In this document: positions 29,415 through 36,806 of the stretch, piece by piece | Position numbering within the stretch: position 1 is the first letter of the stretch | How the letters are laid out: each line of letters starts with the position of its first letter | DNA from: a virus | Taxonomy: Duplodnaviria; Caudoviricetes | Virus record (IMG/VR): IMGVR_UViG_3300046738_000007 | Coordinates: 1 to 43,507 of that record | DNA length: 43,507 nt | Reading direction: 5' to 3' (one strand) | Position numbers and translations under genes: made by a program | The notes under the pieces: generated by a model | The model's input: the letters and a program-made list of their open reading frames with translations, nothing else | The model's database searches: none | Told to the model about the DNA's origin: nothing

Positions 29415-30192
29415 GGGTCAGGCAGGCAAGAAGCTTCCGGATGTCTGGTCGTCATGGGAACAGAACAAGGTAGCCTTCCGCCGGGGTCAGCTTCACCTGA
29501 TCGTCGCCGCCCCTGGTGTTGGGAAGTCTGTCCTCACCTTGAGCTATGCCTTGCAGGCGAAGGTGCCAAGTCTGTACATCTCGATGGATACGGACCCGTT
29601 CACTACGTCTGTTCGCGCTGTGTCGGCGCTGACACAAGTGACGCTAGACCAGGCTGAGGCAGGGCTTGACCAGGAGTTCGCGTTCGCAGTGAATGCACTG
29701 GCCGAGGCGGGGAAGACGTTGCGTTTCGCTTTCCCTGCCTCACCTGGTATGGCTGATCTGTTCCAGCACATTTACGCGTACGGGGAATCCGAGGGCGCAT
29801 GGCCTGAGCTGATCATTATCGACAACCTTGCCAACATCGCGTTCGAATCCGATGAGTTCGGGGAGATGCGGACGATGATGGCCGATCTGCAAACGATGGC
29901 GTCCAAGACCAAAGCCGCGGTTGTGGTGCTGCACCACTCGACCGGGTTGTACGAGGACGGACACACGCCTATCCCGCAGTCGGGTGTCAACGGCAAGGTC
30001 AGCAAGTTCCCGTCGATGGTGGTCACGCTCTGCCGTGGCAACGACACCGAGCTGTATGTATCGGTGGTGAAGAACCGCTTCGGCCCTGCTGATCCGTCGG
30101 CGTACAAGGTGCGTGCACCCCTGGCCGTGGATTATTCACGGATGCAGGTGAGAGACACCTACATTCTCAGCGACACGAGGGACGCAGCATGA
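29383..30192 (+). CDS. DnaB-like replicative helicase (ATPase domain)
   Basis: Walker A AAPGVGKS, Walker B LIIIDNL, VVLHH and VVKNRFGP. Confidence 0.85.
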   Translation: MLTLTQASRLKGQAGKKLPDVWSSWEQNKVAFRRGQLHLIVAAPGVGKSVLTLSYALQAKVPSLYISMDTDPFTTSVRAVSALTQVTLDQAEAGLDQEFAFAVNALAEAGKTLRFAFPASPGMADLFQHIYAYGESEGAWPELIIIDNLANIAFESDEFGEMRTMMADLQTMASKTKAAVVVLHHSTGLYEDGHTPIPQSGVNGKVSKFPSMVVTLCRGNDTELYVSVVKNRFGPADPSAYKVRAPLAVDYSRMQVRDTYILSDTRDAA

Positions 30193-30362
30193 AGGATCCA
30201 ACGATCATCGACCCGATCGTGGACAGTATCGAACCGCTAGCCGAGCTGTTCATCGAGTACACCCACCTCTCGCCCGAGCAGGCTAAGGCTATGGCTGCCG
30301 GGATGCTGGAGTTTGTGTGGGGTGCTGACGCTGTTGGTGCTCGGTGGGATACGGAGCAGTGA
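30189..30362 (+). CDS. hypothetical protein (57 aa)
   Basis: MKDPTIIDPIVDSIEPLAELF...; ATGA and GTGA overlaps. Confidence 0.5.
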   Translation: MKDPTIIDPIVDSIEPLAELFIEYTHLSPEQAKAMAAGMLEFVWGADAVGARWDTEQ

Positions 30363-31024
30363 CATACAAGGTGGCCGGTAGTCTGCTTGCATTGCGTGCG
30401 CAGGTGGACGCCGGCTTTCCTCGTCGGTCCAAGCTGTCGGACGGCACGATCGGGAATGCTGAGCACGCGTCGCGTGACTCGGACCACAACCCGTGGTACC
30501 TAGTCGGTGGTATCCCGTACGTGACGGCGCTCGACATCACGCACGATCCTGTCAACGGCGTGGACTGCGTCAAGCTGGATGACGTGTTGTGGGGTGCGAA
30601 GGATCCGCGTATTAAGTACTGGATCTGGAATGGGTACATCACCTCGGGCGACGCTGGTCCGCAGCCTTGGTACGCACGCACGTACAGCGGCCCGAACAAG
30701 CACACTAAGCACATGCACATCTCGGTGAAGGCTGAGCCGGCTTCGCTACTGCAAGCTGACTGGAATCTGGGAGGACTGTTCGCTATGCCTATCGGCGCTA
30801 GCCCTGCTGATCTGTGGGGTTTCCCTGTTCACGACCTGTACACCAGCAACCCGGCTGACGTGATGCCTGCTGGTGTGGCGCTGGAGTGGGCGGTAAGGCA
30901 CGCAGCACTGGCCAACGAGGCAGCACAAGCCGCACTCACTACCGTGCAGCGTATCGAGGCTGCGCAGCAGCGACTGGAAACCAAGCTTGACTACCTGGCG
31001 TCGCACTGGATCGGAGAGGCATGA
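30359..31024 (+). CDS. endolysin, M15-like Zn peptidase
   Basis: SDGTIG..H..R.SDHNP...ALDIT...HTKHMHISV, as in actinophage lysins. Confidence 0.75.
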   Translation: MTYKVAGSLLALRAQVDAGFPRRSKLSDGTIGNAEHASRDSDHNPWYLVGGIPYVTALDITHDPVNGVDCVKLDDVLWGAKDPRIKYWIWNGYITSGDAGPQPWYARTYSGPNKHTKHMHISVKAEPASLLQADWNLGGLFAMPIGASPADLWGFPVHDLYTSNPADVMPAGVALEWAVRHAALANEAAQAALTTVQRIEAAQQRLETKLDYLASHWIGEA

Positions 31025-31170
31025 CTAACCCGGAGAAGTTCGAGCTGTTCGAGTCTGATGTCTGGCCTGTCGCTGATGACGACGACGATTTCTGGGGAGG
31101 GTGGGAGACCGACGATGCCGAGGCGTACCCGCGTGCAGATCGAGAAGGCGACGAGACTCAGCGCAGCTAG
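31021..31170 (+). CDS. small acidic protein (49 aa)
   Basis: SD GGAGAGG and ATGA overlap; MTNPEKFELFESDVWPVADDDDDFWGGWETDDAEAY... Confidence 0.45.
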   Translation: MTNPEKFELFESDVWPVADDDDDFWGGWETDDAEAYPRADREGDETQRS

Positions 31171-31468
31171 GCATGCGGCGCACATCTGGAAGACGTACGG
31201 AATCACAGCTCTTGAGTACGCGTGCATCCTCGACTACCAAGGCGGACGGTGCTACATCTGTCAGCGTGCAACAGGTGCCCGGCGACGGTTGGCTGTTGAT
31301 CATTGCCATAGCACCGGTGTGGTACGAGGATTGTTGTGCCGACCTTGCAATAGAATGTTGGGACACGCACGCGATCGAACAGATTTCTTCTATCGGGCGG
31401 CAGAGTACCTGGCCTCACCGCCTGCACGAGAACTAGGGCTAGACCGAGTGGTACCCGATGCTGGGTAG
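31115..31468 (+). CDS. endonuclease VII (resolvase)
   Basis: YGIT...QGGRCYIC...LAVDHCH.TG.VRGLLC..CN. Confidence 0.9.
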   Translation: MPRRTRVQIEKATRLSAARHAAHIWKTYGITALEYACILDYQGGRCYICQRATGARRRLAVDHCHSTGVVRGLLCRPCNRMLGHARDRTDFFYRAAEYLASPPARELGLDRVVPDAG

Positions 31469-31610
31469 GTCGCGCATGATTCATTGGTCATTGTGCGCAT
31501 GTCGGAATTGCGTAGGCCACGCACGCCGAGGGAACAAAGCGTACAAGCGGATGCTCAAGCGGCGTATGCGCAAGTGGGAACGCAAGCTGTGGCGTAAGGA
31601 GTTGACGTGA
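31458..31610 (+). CDS. small basic Cys-containing protein (50 aa)
   Basis: MLGRSR...CACRNC...KRMLKRRMRKWERKLWRKELT; fills the gap with overlaps. Confidence 0.45.
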   Translation: MLGRSRMIHWSLCACRNCVGHARRGNKAYKRMLKRRMRKWERKLWRKELT

Positions 31611-31894
31611 TCGAGCTGTACTCAGGCCACAACGGGATCGTGAAGGCGGTGCGGCAAGCAGTAGCCGGCGTGTGTGAGGTCGAGGTGCACTCCCCGCCCC
31701 GTAAGGACGTGATGCGTGGCTCGTTCGACCTGGTCGCTACGACCGGCCAGCTCAACGCCGGGCTGGAGAGGTTCGCTGCGCAGTTCGGGGCTATGCCGCT
31801 CGTGCTGCCAGAAGCTGCCGCATACCTGGGGGAGAAAGGGAATCGCGGCTACGTAGCCGTACTTGGCGCCGACTATAGGGACGTGAAGTTTTGA
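31607..31894 (+). CDS. hypothetical protein
   Basis: SD AAGGAG and coupled start. Confidence 0.55.
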   Translation: MIELYSGHNGIVKAVRQAVAGVCEVEVHSPPRKDVMRGSFDLVATTGQLNAGLERFAAQFGAMPLVLPEAAAYLGEKGNRGYVAVLGADYRDVKF

Positions 31895-32082
31895 TCACCT
31901 ACAAGCCTGAGCCTGTCGACCCTGCCGACCTGGCCCCCGGTGCTAGCTACTGGGCTGAGCTGCCCGGCGGGCAGGTCCGTCTGGGCAAGTTCGAGTACCA
32001 GTCAGGCGAAGGGTTCTTGTATTTCGAGTACGGCAATTTCATGTCGGGTGTTGGTCTGCGGTTCTACGAGGTGCCCGAGTGA
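31891..32082 (+). CDS. hypothetical protein
   Basis: Coupled ORF. Confidence 0.45.
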   Translation: MITYKPEPVDPADLAPGASYWAELPGGQVRLGKFEYQSGEGFLYFEYGNFMSGVGLRFYEVPE

Positions 32083-32130
32083 GCTGGCCTTGCCCGGGAT
32101 GCGGTACCTCTACGCCTGACGGGAACTGGT

Positions 32131-32472
32131 GTGGCTGTGCCACGTCGAACGTTCGACCGGGTTGAGAAATATGACATAGGCCCCGTCCTGGAATACCTAG
32201 GCGCCACACTCCCGTACTCACGCCGAGGTGGATGGCAGAAGATGCGGTGCTTCCTTCACGCCGATCAGAACCCGTCCGCCTCGGTCAACTTTCTGTCCGG
32301 ATACTTCCGCTGCTTCTCGTGCGGTGTGTTCGAGGATGCGATAGGACTATTGCAACATGTCGAAGGCACAGACTTTAAAGCTGCCCACGAAGAAGCGCAG
32401 AGACTATCTGGCGAAGGCGACGGACAGATACGTCGGAACAATAGCCCCCGTCACACCTTATTTGGCGAGTAG
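32131..32472 (+). CDS. DNA primase, CHC2 zinc-finger part
   Basis: CFLH.D.NPSASVN....FRCFSC. Confidence 0.85.
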   Translation: MAVPRRTFDRVEKYDIGPVLEYLGATLPYSRRGGWQKMRCFLHADQNPSASVNFLSGYFRCFSCGVFEDAIGLLQHVEGTDFKAAHEEAQRLSGEGDGQIRRNNSPRHTLFGE

Positions 32473-33010
32473 AGGTATCACGATCGAGACTGCTACTCGG
32501 TGGCGCCTCGGGTATGTAGCTGACCCGCTGCCGGGACACGAAGACTACATCGGCAGGCTTGCTATCCCGTACCTGACACCAGCCGGCACACTGATGTTCA
32601 AGTTCCGGTGCATCCAAGAGCACGACTGCAAAGAAGCGAAGTGCGTCAAGTACCTTGGCGAAGCCGGCGAGGTGCCACGCTTGTTCGGGGTATGGAACTT
32701 TAGGCACGACGCACAAACGATAGCGCTCACGGAAGGGGAGCTTGATGCCATCGTGGCAACACAAGCAGGTGTACGGGCTGTCGGTGTCCCTGGTGCAACG
32801 CAATGGCAAGGTTATTGGGATCACCTTTTCGAGGGGTACGACGAAGTGGTACTACTCCGCGACGGTGATGCGGCGGGCCGAGCGATGAGTGAAACGCTAG
32901 CGGGTCGTTTGCCAAACTTGCGTTCAGTCAAGATGCCCGAGGGTGAAGACGTCTCGTCGTTCGTGTGCACGCACGGAGAGGAGGCGTTGCGAGAGAGGAT
33001 CAAAGTGTGA
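32357..33010 (+). CDS. DNA primase, TOPRIM part
   Basis: YLASRGI, TEGELDA, AVGVPGA, DGDAAG and GEDV. Confidence 0.85.
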   Translation: MSKAQTLKLPTKKRRDYLAKATDRYVGTIAPVTPYLASRGITIETATRWRLGYVADPLPGHEDYIGRLAIPYLTPAGTLMFKFRCIQEHDCKEAKCVKYLGEAGEVPRLFGVWNFRHDAQTIALTEGELDAIVATQAGVRAVGVPGATQWQGYWDHLFEGYDEVVLLRDGDAAGRAMSETLAGRLPNLRSVKMPEGEDVSSFVCTHGEEALRERIKV

Positions 33011-33324
33011 AGCTGTTTGTCGGGTACCGCACCGCTGCCACCGTCGAGCGCCAGGCGGGCATGCTCAACCCTGCCGACCAGGTTCAGTACGAAGGCGTGG
33101 TGTTTCGGGATGGCACGGTTGTGGTTCGCTGGCTGACCACGTTCGGCTCGCACTCCGTGTGGGATTCGTTCGCATCGTTCTCTAAGATCCACGCCTCGCA
33201 GCCTGGCGACCGTATCGAGTGGGTCAAGGCGGAGGAGGGCAAGGTGATTGTCATGGACGATGGCGACACGCTCAGCTACCCGCGGTGCGACCCGTTCAGC
33301 ATGACTCCGGGCTACCCGTTCTGA
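33007..33324 (+). CDS. conserved phage hypothetical protein
   Basis: EGVVFRDGTVVVRWLT...SVWDS....IH motif. Confidence 0.6.
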   Translation: MKLFVGYRTAATVERQAGMLNPADQVQYEGVVFRDGTVVVRWLTTFGSHSVWDSFASFSKIHASQPGDRIEWVKAEEGKVIVMDDGDTLSYPRCDPFSMTPGYPF

Positions 33325-33596
33325 TGACCGGCAGCTCGTGGGCATACCCGATCGCGGGCCAGGTCGCGCAGTTCCCCGAAGGGGACGCAGAGTTTGACGT
33401 CAAGATGCACTACTTCACCAAAGCGCGCGAGCAGTACACCCCGAGCGGCGTGCTGCGCAGTATGGCTTTGTTCATCGACGGGCTAGAAGAGACGCAGTCA
33501 GTCGAGGCGATGTTCGTTTACCCTGAGTTCACCGAAGGCTACGGCCAGGGCTGGGCTGGCATGGTGGCTGTGTACCACGATCGGCCGGCCGCATGA
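33324..33596 (+). CDS. hypothetical protein
   Basis: TGATG-coupled ORF. Confidence 0.5.
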   Translation: MTGSSWAYPIAGQVAQFPEGDAEFDVKMHYFTKAREQYTPSGVLRSMALFIDGLEETQSVEAMFVYPEFTEGYGQGWAGMVAVYHDRPAA

Positions 33597-33856
33597 CCGC
33601 GCCTACCCGACGTCGCCGGGCTGACCCTGACAAGCGAAGCAAGCTGCCGAAGGCTACGTGTGGTGGATGCGCTTTTACCTGGCAGTCGATGAGCCTCGCG
33701 CACTGCGGTGCGTGCCATCACTCGTTCGGTTCGGTGGATCTGTTCGACAGGCACCGAGATCAGCACGGCCCGCACGGTGCGTGTGTGCTGCCGAAGCGGG
33801 AAGGCATCACGTTGGTTCAGGGTGTGTGGCGTGAGCAGCCTAGGGAGTGGACGTGA
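33593..33856 (+). CDS. FDxHR-type zinc-binding phage protein
   Basis: CGGC...HCGACH.SF....FDRHR......C. Confidence 0.7.
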   Translation: MTAPTRRRRADPDKRSKLPKATCGGCAFTWQSMSLAHCGACHHSFGSVDLFDRHRDQHGPHGACVLPKREGITLVQGVWREQPREWT

Positions 33857-34587
33857 ACAAGACCGTGATGGTGATGCCGGATGTACACGTGCCGGATCAC
33901 GACCTCGCTGCACTGGCTGCCTTCTTGCACGCTGTCGATGCGATCAGGCCGGACGAGCTTGTTATCATCGGGGATTTCATCGACTGTAAGGCACCGGCTA
34001 GGTGGAGCAAGCAGACCGCAGCCGAGTACGCACAGACCCTGCCTCTTGAGCTGGACGCAGGCAAGGAACTGCTAGCCCTGATTCGGAGTAGCTATGACGG
34101 GCGTATCGTCTTTATTCCAGGGAATCACGAAGCCAGGATCAGTACGTATGTCACGACGTACGCCCCGGCCGTGGCTGGGTTGGTGCCCTCACTGCCAGAG
34201 CTGCTGGATTTCGACAGGTTCGACGTTGCATTCAGCCCCGGCGTATACCATGTCGCCCCAGGGACGGTGGCTATTCACGGCAAGATGCTGTCCAGTGTGC
34301 TCGGGGCGGCCGGTCAGTCGGCATTTAAGGAACGTATGCGCCACGGCTACAGCGTGGTTCAGGGTCACACGCACCGTCTTGGTATTGGGTATGACACTCA
34401 AGACCGTACTCGTTTCTGGATGGAGTGCGGCCACCTTTACGACGTGGCGAAAGCGGGGTACCTCGACTTTGCTAGCCAGGCGAACTGGCAACACGGGTTC
34501 GGGGTCTTGCACGTGCGGGGCGACGACGTCTTTCCTACAGTACATCGCATCAGTAACGGACACTCCGCATTCGAGGTCGCGGCATGA
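33853..34587 (+). CDS. calcineurin-like metallophosphoesterase
   Basis: DVH, GDFID, GNHE, HG and GHTHR motifs. Confidence 0.85.
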   Translation: MNKTVMVMPDVHVPDHDLAALAAFLHAVDAIRPDELVIIGDFIDCKAPARWSKQTAAEYAQTLPLELDAGKELLALIRSSYDGRIVFIPGNHEARISTYVTTYAPAVAGLVPSLPELLDFDRFDVAFSPGVYHVAPGTVAIHGKMLSSVLGAAGQSAFKERMRHGYSVVQGHTHRLGIGYDTQDRTRFWMECGHLYDVAKAGYLDFASQANWQHGFGVLHVRGDDVFPTVHRISNGHSAFEVAA

Positions 34588-34922
34588 AGCGCACGGCTAA
34601 CGCAATCAGCTACACTCTGCTTAACTTTCGGTATGGTTCTTTGATCCTGCCGGTAGGTGTTGTTGCCTACCTGCTCGGCGTCCCGGGCCTGCTGGTTGTT
34701 ACGGCTGTCGTCCTGCTTGCGGGTGCGTTCGCTGCCGAGGTGGTGACTAGCATTCTTAACGGCATTCACACCGCCATGCTGATCCACCACCAGCAGCACG
34801 ACGAGTCGGTTATGTGGGACGAGCTGGCACGGTACGCAAACACAGGAGGACTAGACGATGGCGAAGGCACCGCCCCCGAAGGGGAAGACCCCAGCGAAGG
34901 GGAAGGGCAAGCCGCCCGGTAA
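34584..34922 (+). CDS. membrane protein
   Basis: Two hydrophobic segments. Confidence 0.5.
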   Translation: MKRTANAISYTLLNFRYGSLILPVGVVAYLLGVPGLLVVTAVVLLAGAFAAEVVTSILNGIHTAMLIHHQQHDESVMWDELARYANTGGLDDGEGTAPEGEDPSEGEGQAAR

Positions 34923-35031
34923 GGCGGACAAGTCCACCGGCAAGGGGTTTGTTCCCTTCGGTAAGGAAGGCATGCAGGATCGGGGCGTGAAGAAGGCGCC
35001 ACCTAAGAAGGCAGCGCCTAAGAAGAAGTAA
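34858..35031 (+). CDS. Lys/Pro-rich small basic (histone-like) protein
   Basis: SD AGGAGG; MAKAPPPKGKTPAKGKGK...KKAAPKKK. Confidence 0.6.
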   Translation: MAKAPPPKGKTPAKGKGKPPGKADKSTGKGFVPFGKEGMQDRGVKKAPPKKAAPKKK

Positions 35032-35035
35032 GCTC

Positions 35036-35104
35036 GCGCGCAAGGTCGCACGCAAGGTGAACGACCGTGAATCGTTTGAGGTGAGAGTCCTCCGCCTTGC
35101 GCGC
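35036..35104 (+). ncRNA. miniature tRNA-like cloverleaf (loop CC-GTG-AA)
   Basis: GCGC-GCAAGGT/GCCTTGC-GCGC; CAC/GTG arm; AACGA/TCGTT arm; GAGG-TGAGAGT-CCTC T-like arm. Confidence 0.5.
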
Positions 35105-35130
35105 TTGACTCGGCGGTGTGTCACACCGCC

Positions 35131-35185
35131 CGGCCCCTGCCTCCCTGGTCACCCTCTCCACCAGGTCTGAGGCAGGGGCCGCTTT
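35131..35185. terminator. long hairpin at the convergence of the two arms
   Basis: CGGCCCCTGCCTC/GAGGCAGGGGCCG plus CCTGGT/ACCAGG. Confidence 0.6.
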
Positions 35186-35188
35186 GCG

Positions 35189-35503
35189 CTACGACACACC
35201 TTGCCCGATGCTGAACGCGATCAGGCTGAGAAAGAACACGATCGTCACCAGGTCGGATGTCGACCAGCGCTGCCGGTTACACCCGCACGACCACGAACGG
35301 TGCACATCGCACCACACGCTGCGCTTGAACGCGCCGACGTTGCACGTACAGTTCCTCGGTGCGCAAACCATGCATCGATACGTCATCTCATCCCTTGCAC
35401 CCAGACTCGTGCGCAGACTTGGCCGCTTCTGCGTCCGCGAAGTCATCAGAAGATCCACCAGCGCCGCAACCTTTCGCGCACGACCAGCTCCACACACCGT
35501 CAC
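35189..35503 (-). CDS. hypothetical Cys-rich membrane-anchored protein
   Basis: Several Cys pairs; C-terminal transmembrane segment. Confidence 0.45.
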   Translation of the reverse strand: MTVCGAGRARKVAALVDLLMTSRTQKRPSLRTSLGARDEMTYRCMVCAPRNCTCNVGAFKRSVWCDVHRSWSCGCNRQRWSTSDLVTIVFFLSLIAFSIGQGVS

Positions 35504-35513
35504 TCTTCCTCTC

Positions 35514-35855
35514 TTAGCGTCCCCGTGAACAATCCATTTTGTGCTGCGGGTGCACCATCTTGCATTGACGACACGACCATTGCCCGCGTGTAGTGAACGT
35601 GTCGCCGGCGTGGTGGTGCATGCTGTCCTCGTGGTACGGGCGGGTCAGCTCGATCAACCGCAGGATCTGGATCACTTCGTGTAGCGCGAGCTGCTGGCCT
35701 GCGTTGTATCCGACCTGACCAGCCTCGCGCAGCAGCGCACCGATCACGAGCCGGGCGGTCTCTGAGTCGAACACCTGCACCCACGGCAAAGCCAGCGCCA
35801 TCACACGTTCGTCAGTGGTATCGATCTGTTCACGCACGCTTGCACCACCAGACAC
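35514..35855 (-). CDS. hypothetical protein
   Basis: ORF with C-terminal CxxC; exact start uncertain. Confidence 0.5.
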   Translation of the reverse strand: MSGGASVREQIDTTDERVMALALPWVQVFDSETARLVIGALLREAGQVGYNAGQQLALHEVIQILRLIELTRPYHEDSMHHHAGDTFTTRGQWSCRQCKMVHPQHKMDCSRGR

Positions 35856-35968
35856 GCAGCCGCTTGATCATCGCTTGTTCCTCCGGTCCATGAACTTGCC
35901 GCCCAACCACCAACCCCACGCACGGGCGAAGCCGAGCACGAGGATCAGTACGCATAGCTCGGCGGGAG

Positions 35969-36208
35969 TCACGACCCGTACACAATCTTGATCCGGTCCC
36001 AGTCGGCGGGGTACATCACACCGTAGTGCCGCTTGAGCGAGGACAGGCACAGCTCGTACGCGATACCGCCGCGCACGTCCCCTTCCGCGTACGCTTTCGC
36101 CATGTCCTTCTCGAACATCTCGGCCAGGTTCTTAGCCTCGGTCTTGAGGTAGCCGGTCGTCAGCCGGATCGGCTCAGCCTTCGCCGCAAAAGCCATCGTC
36201 GTCTCCAT
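35969..36208 (-). CDS. hypothetical protein
   Basis: ORF in the right-arm operon. Confidence 0.5.
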   Translation of the reverse strand: METTMAFAAKAEPIRLTTGYLKTEAKNLAEMFEKDMAKAYAEGDVRGGIAYELCLSSLKRHYGVMYPADWDRIKIVYGS

Positions 36209-36599
36209 CCCTCTCGCCGGGCAGGCACGGGTGACCGGTGTTCCCGGTCCGCTTCTTCTTGCTGGTGTTCACGTCCGGATCAGGGTCCGGGTCGGCAGCC
36301 GGTGGTGGCGGCTGCGTGGTTGCAGGCGCGGGTCGTGTCGTCACCGGCACAGGGCGGGGAGCTTGCGTCGTGCGCTTCGGAGGCGGCGGGGTAGTCACAG
36401 GCGGGTGGCCGGGCGGGGTCACCGAAGGCAGCGTCACCGGCGCAGTAGTAGTAGGCAGCGGGATCACCACCGCAGGCAGCGGGGCACGTGTTGTCGTAGG
36501 CGGTGGGCTGGTCGCCCGGCCTGGCTTGCCGCACTGAGCCAGCAGCACGAGCACACACCCGACCACAACAAGACCTACGATAATTCTTTTAGTACGCAC
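36174..36599 (-). CDS. Pro/Thr-rich putative lipoprotein
   Basis: Basic N-terminus, hydrophobic stretch and LAQC; P/T linker; C-terminal RDGDDDGFCGE (Excalibur-like Ca-binding loop). Confidence 0.6.
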   Translation of the reverse strand: MRTKRIIVGLVVVGCVLVLLAQCGKPGRATSPPPTTTRAPLPAVVIPLPTTTAPVTLPSVTPPGHPPVTTPPPPKRTTQAPRPVPVTTRPAPATTQPPPPAADPDPDPDVNTSKKKRTGNTGHPCLPGERDGDDDGFCGEG

Positions 36600-36600
36600 G

Positions 36601-36675
36601 CACCCCCGGCGGGATTCGAACCCGCACCCTCTCCGTTTCATAGACGGATGACTCTGCCAATTCGTCCACGGGGGT
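36601..36675 (-). tRNA. tRNA with anticodon ATG (nominally His); no encoded CCA
   Basis: ACCCCCG/CGGGGGT acceptor; GAC..TGG..GTC D arm; TCCGT-CTATGAA-ACGGA; GCGGG-TTCGAAT-CCCGC. Confidence 0.8.
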
Positions 36676-36679
36676 TAGC

Positions 36680-36777
36680 GCCGTCCGTATCCCTAACCTG
36701 GCCTGATAGTTGCCGAACATGTGGTGTTGATATGGGAGACCACGACAAGTACCACTGAGCGCCGGGATACGGACGGC
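36680..36777 (-). ncRNA. structured RNA domain closed by a perfect 14-bp stem
   Basis: GCCGTCCGTATCCC/GGGATACGGACGGC with internal stems; lies between two tRNA-like elements. Confidence 0.6.
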
Positions 36778-36806
36778 TTTGCGGGTGGCATATCGCTACG
36801 CCACCG

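Noticed and set aside
35150-35159. Hairpin loop CACCCTCTCC matches 36625-36634 in the tRNA variable region
   Set aside because: A single 10-nt match is plausible by chance in 43 kb.
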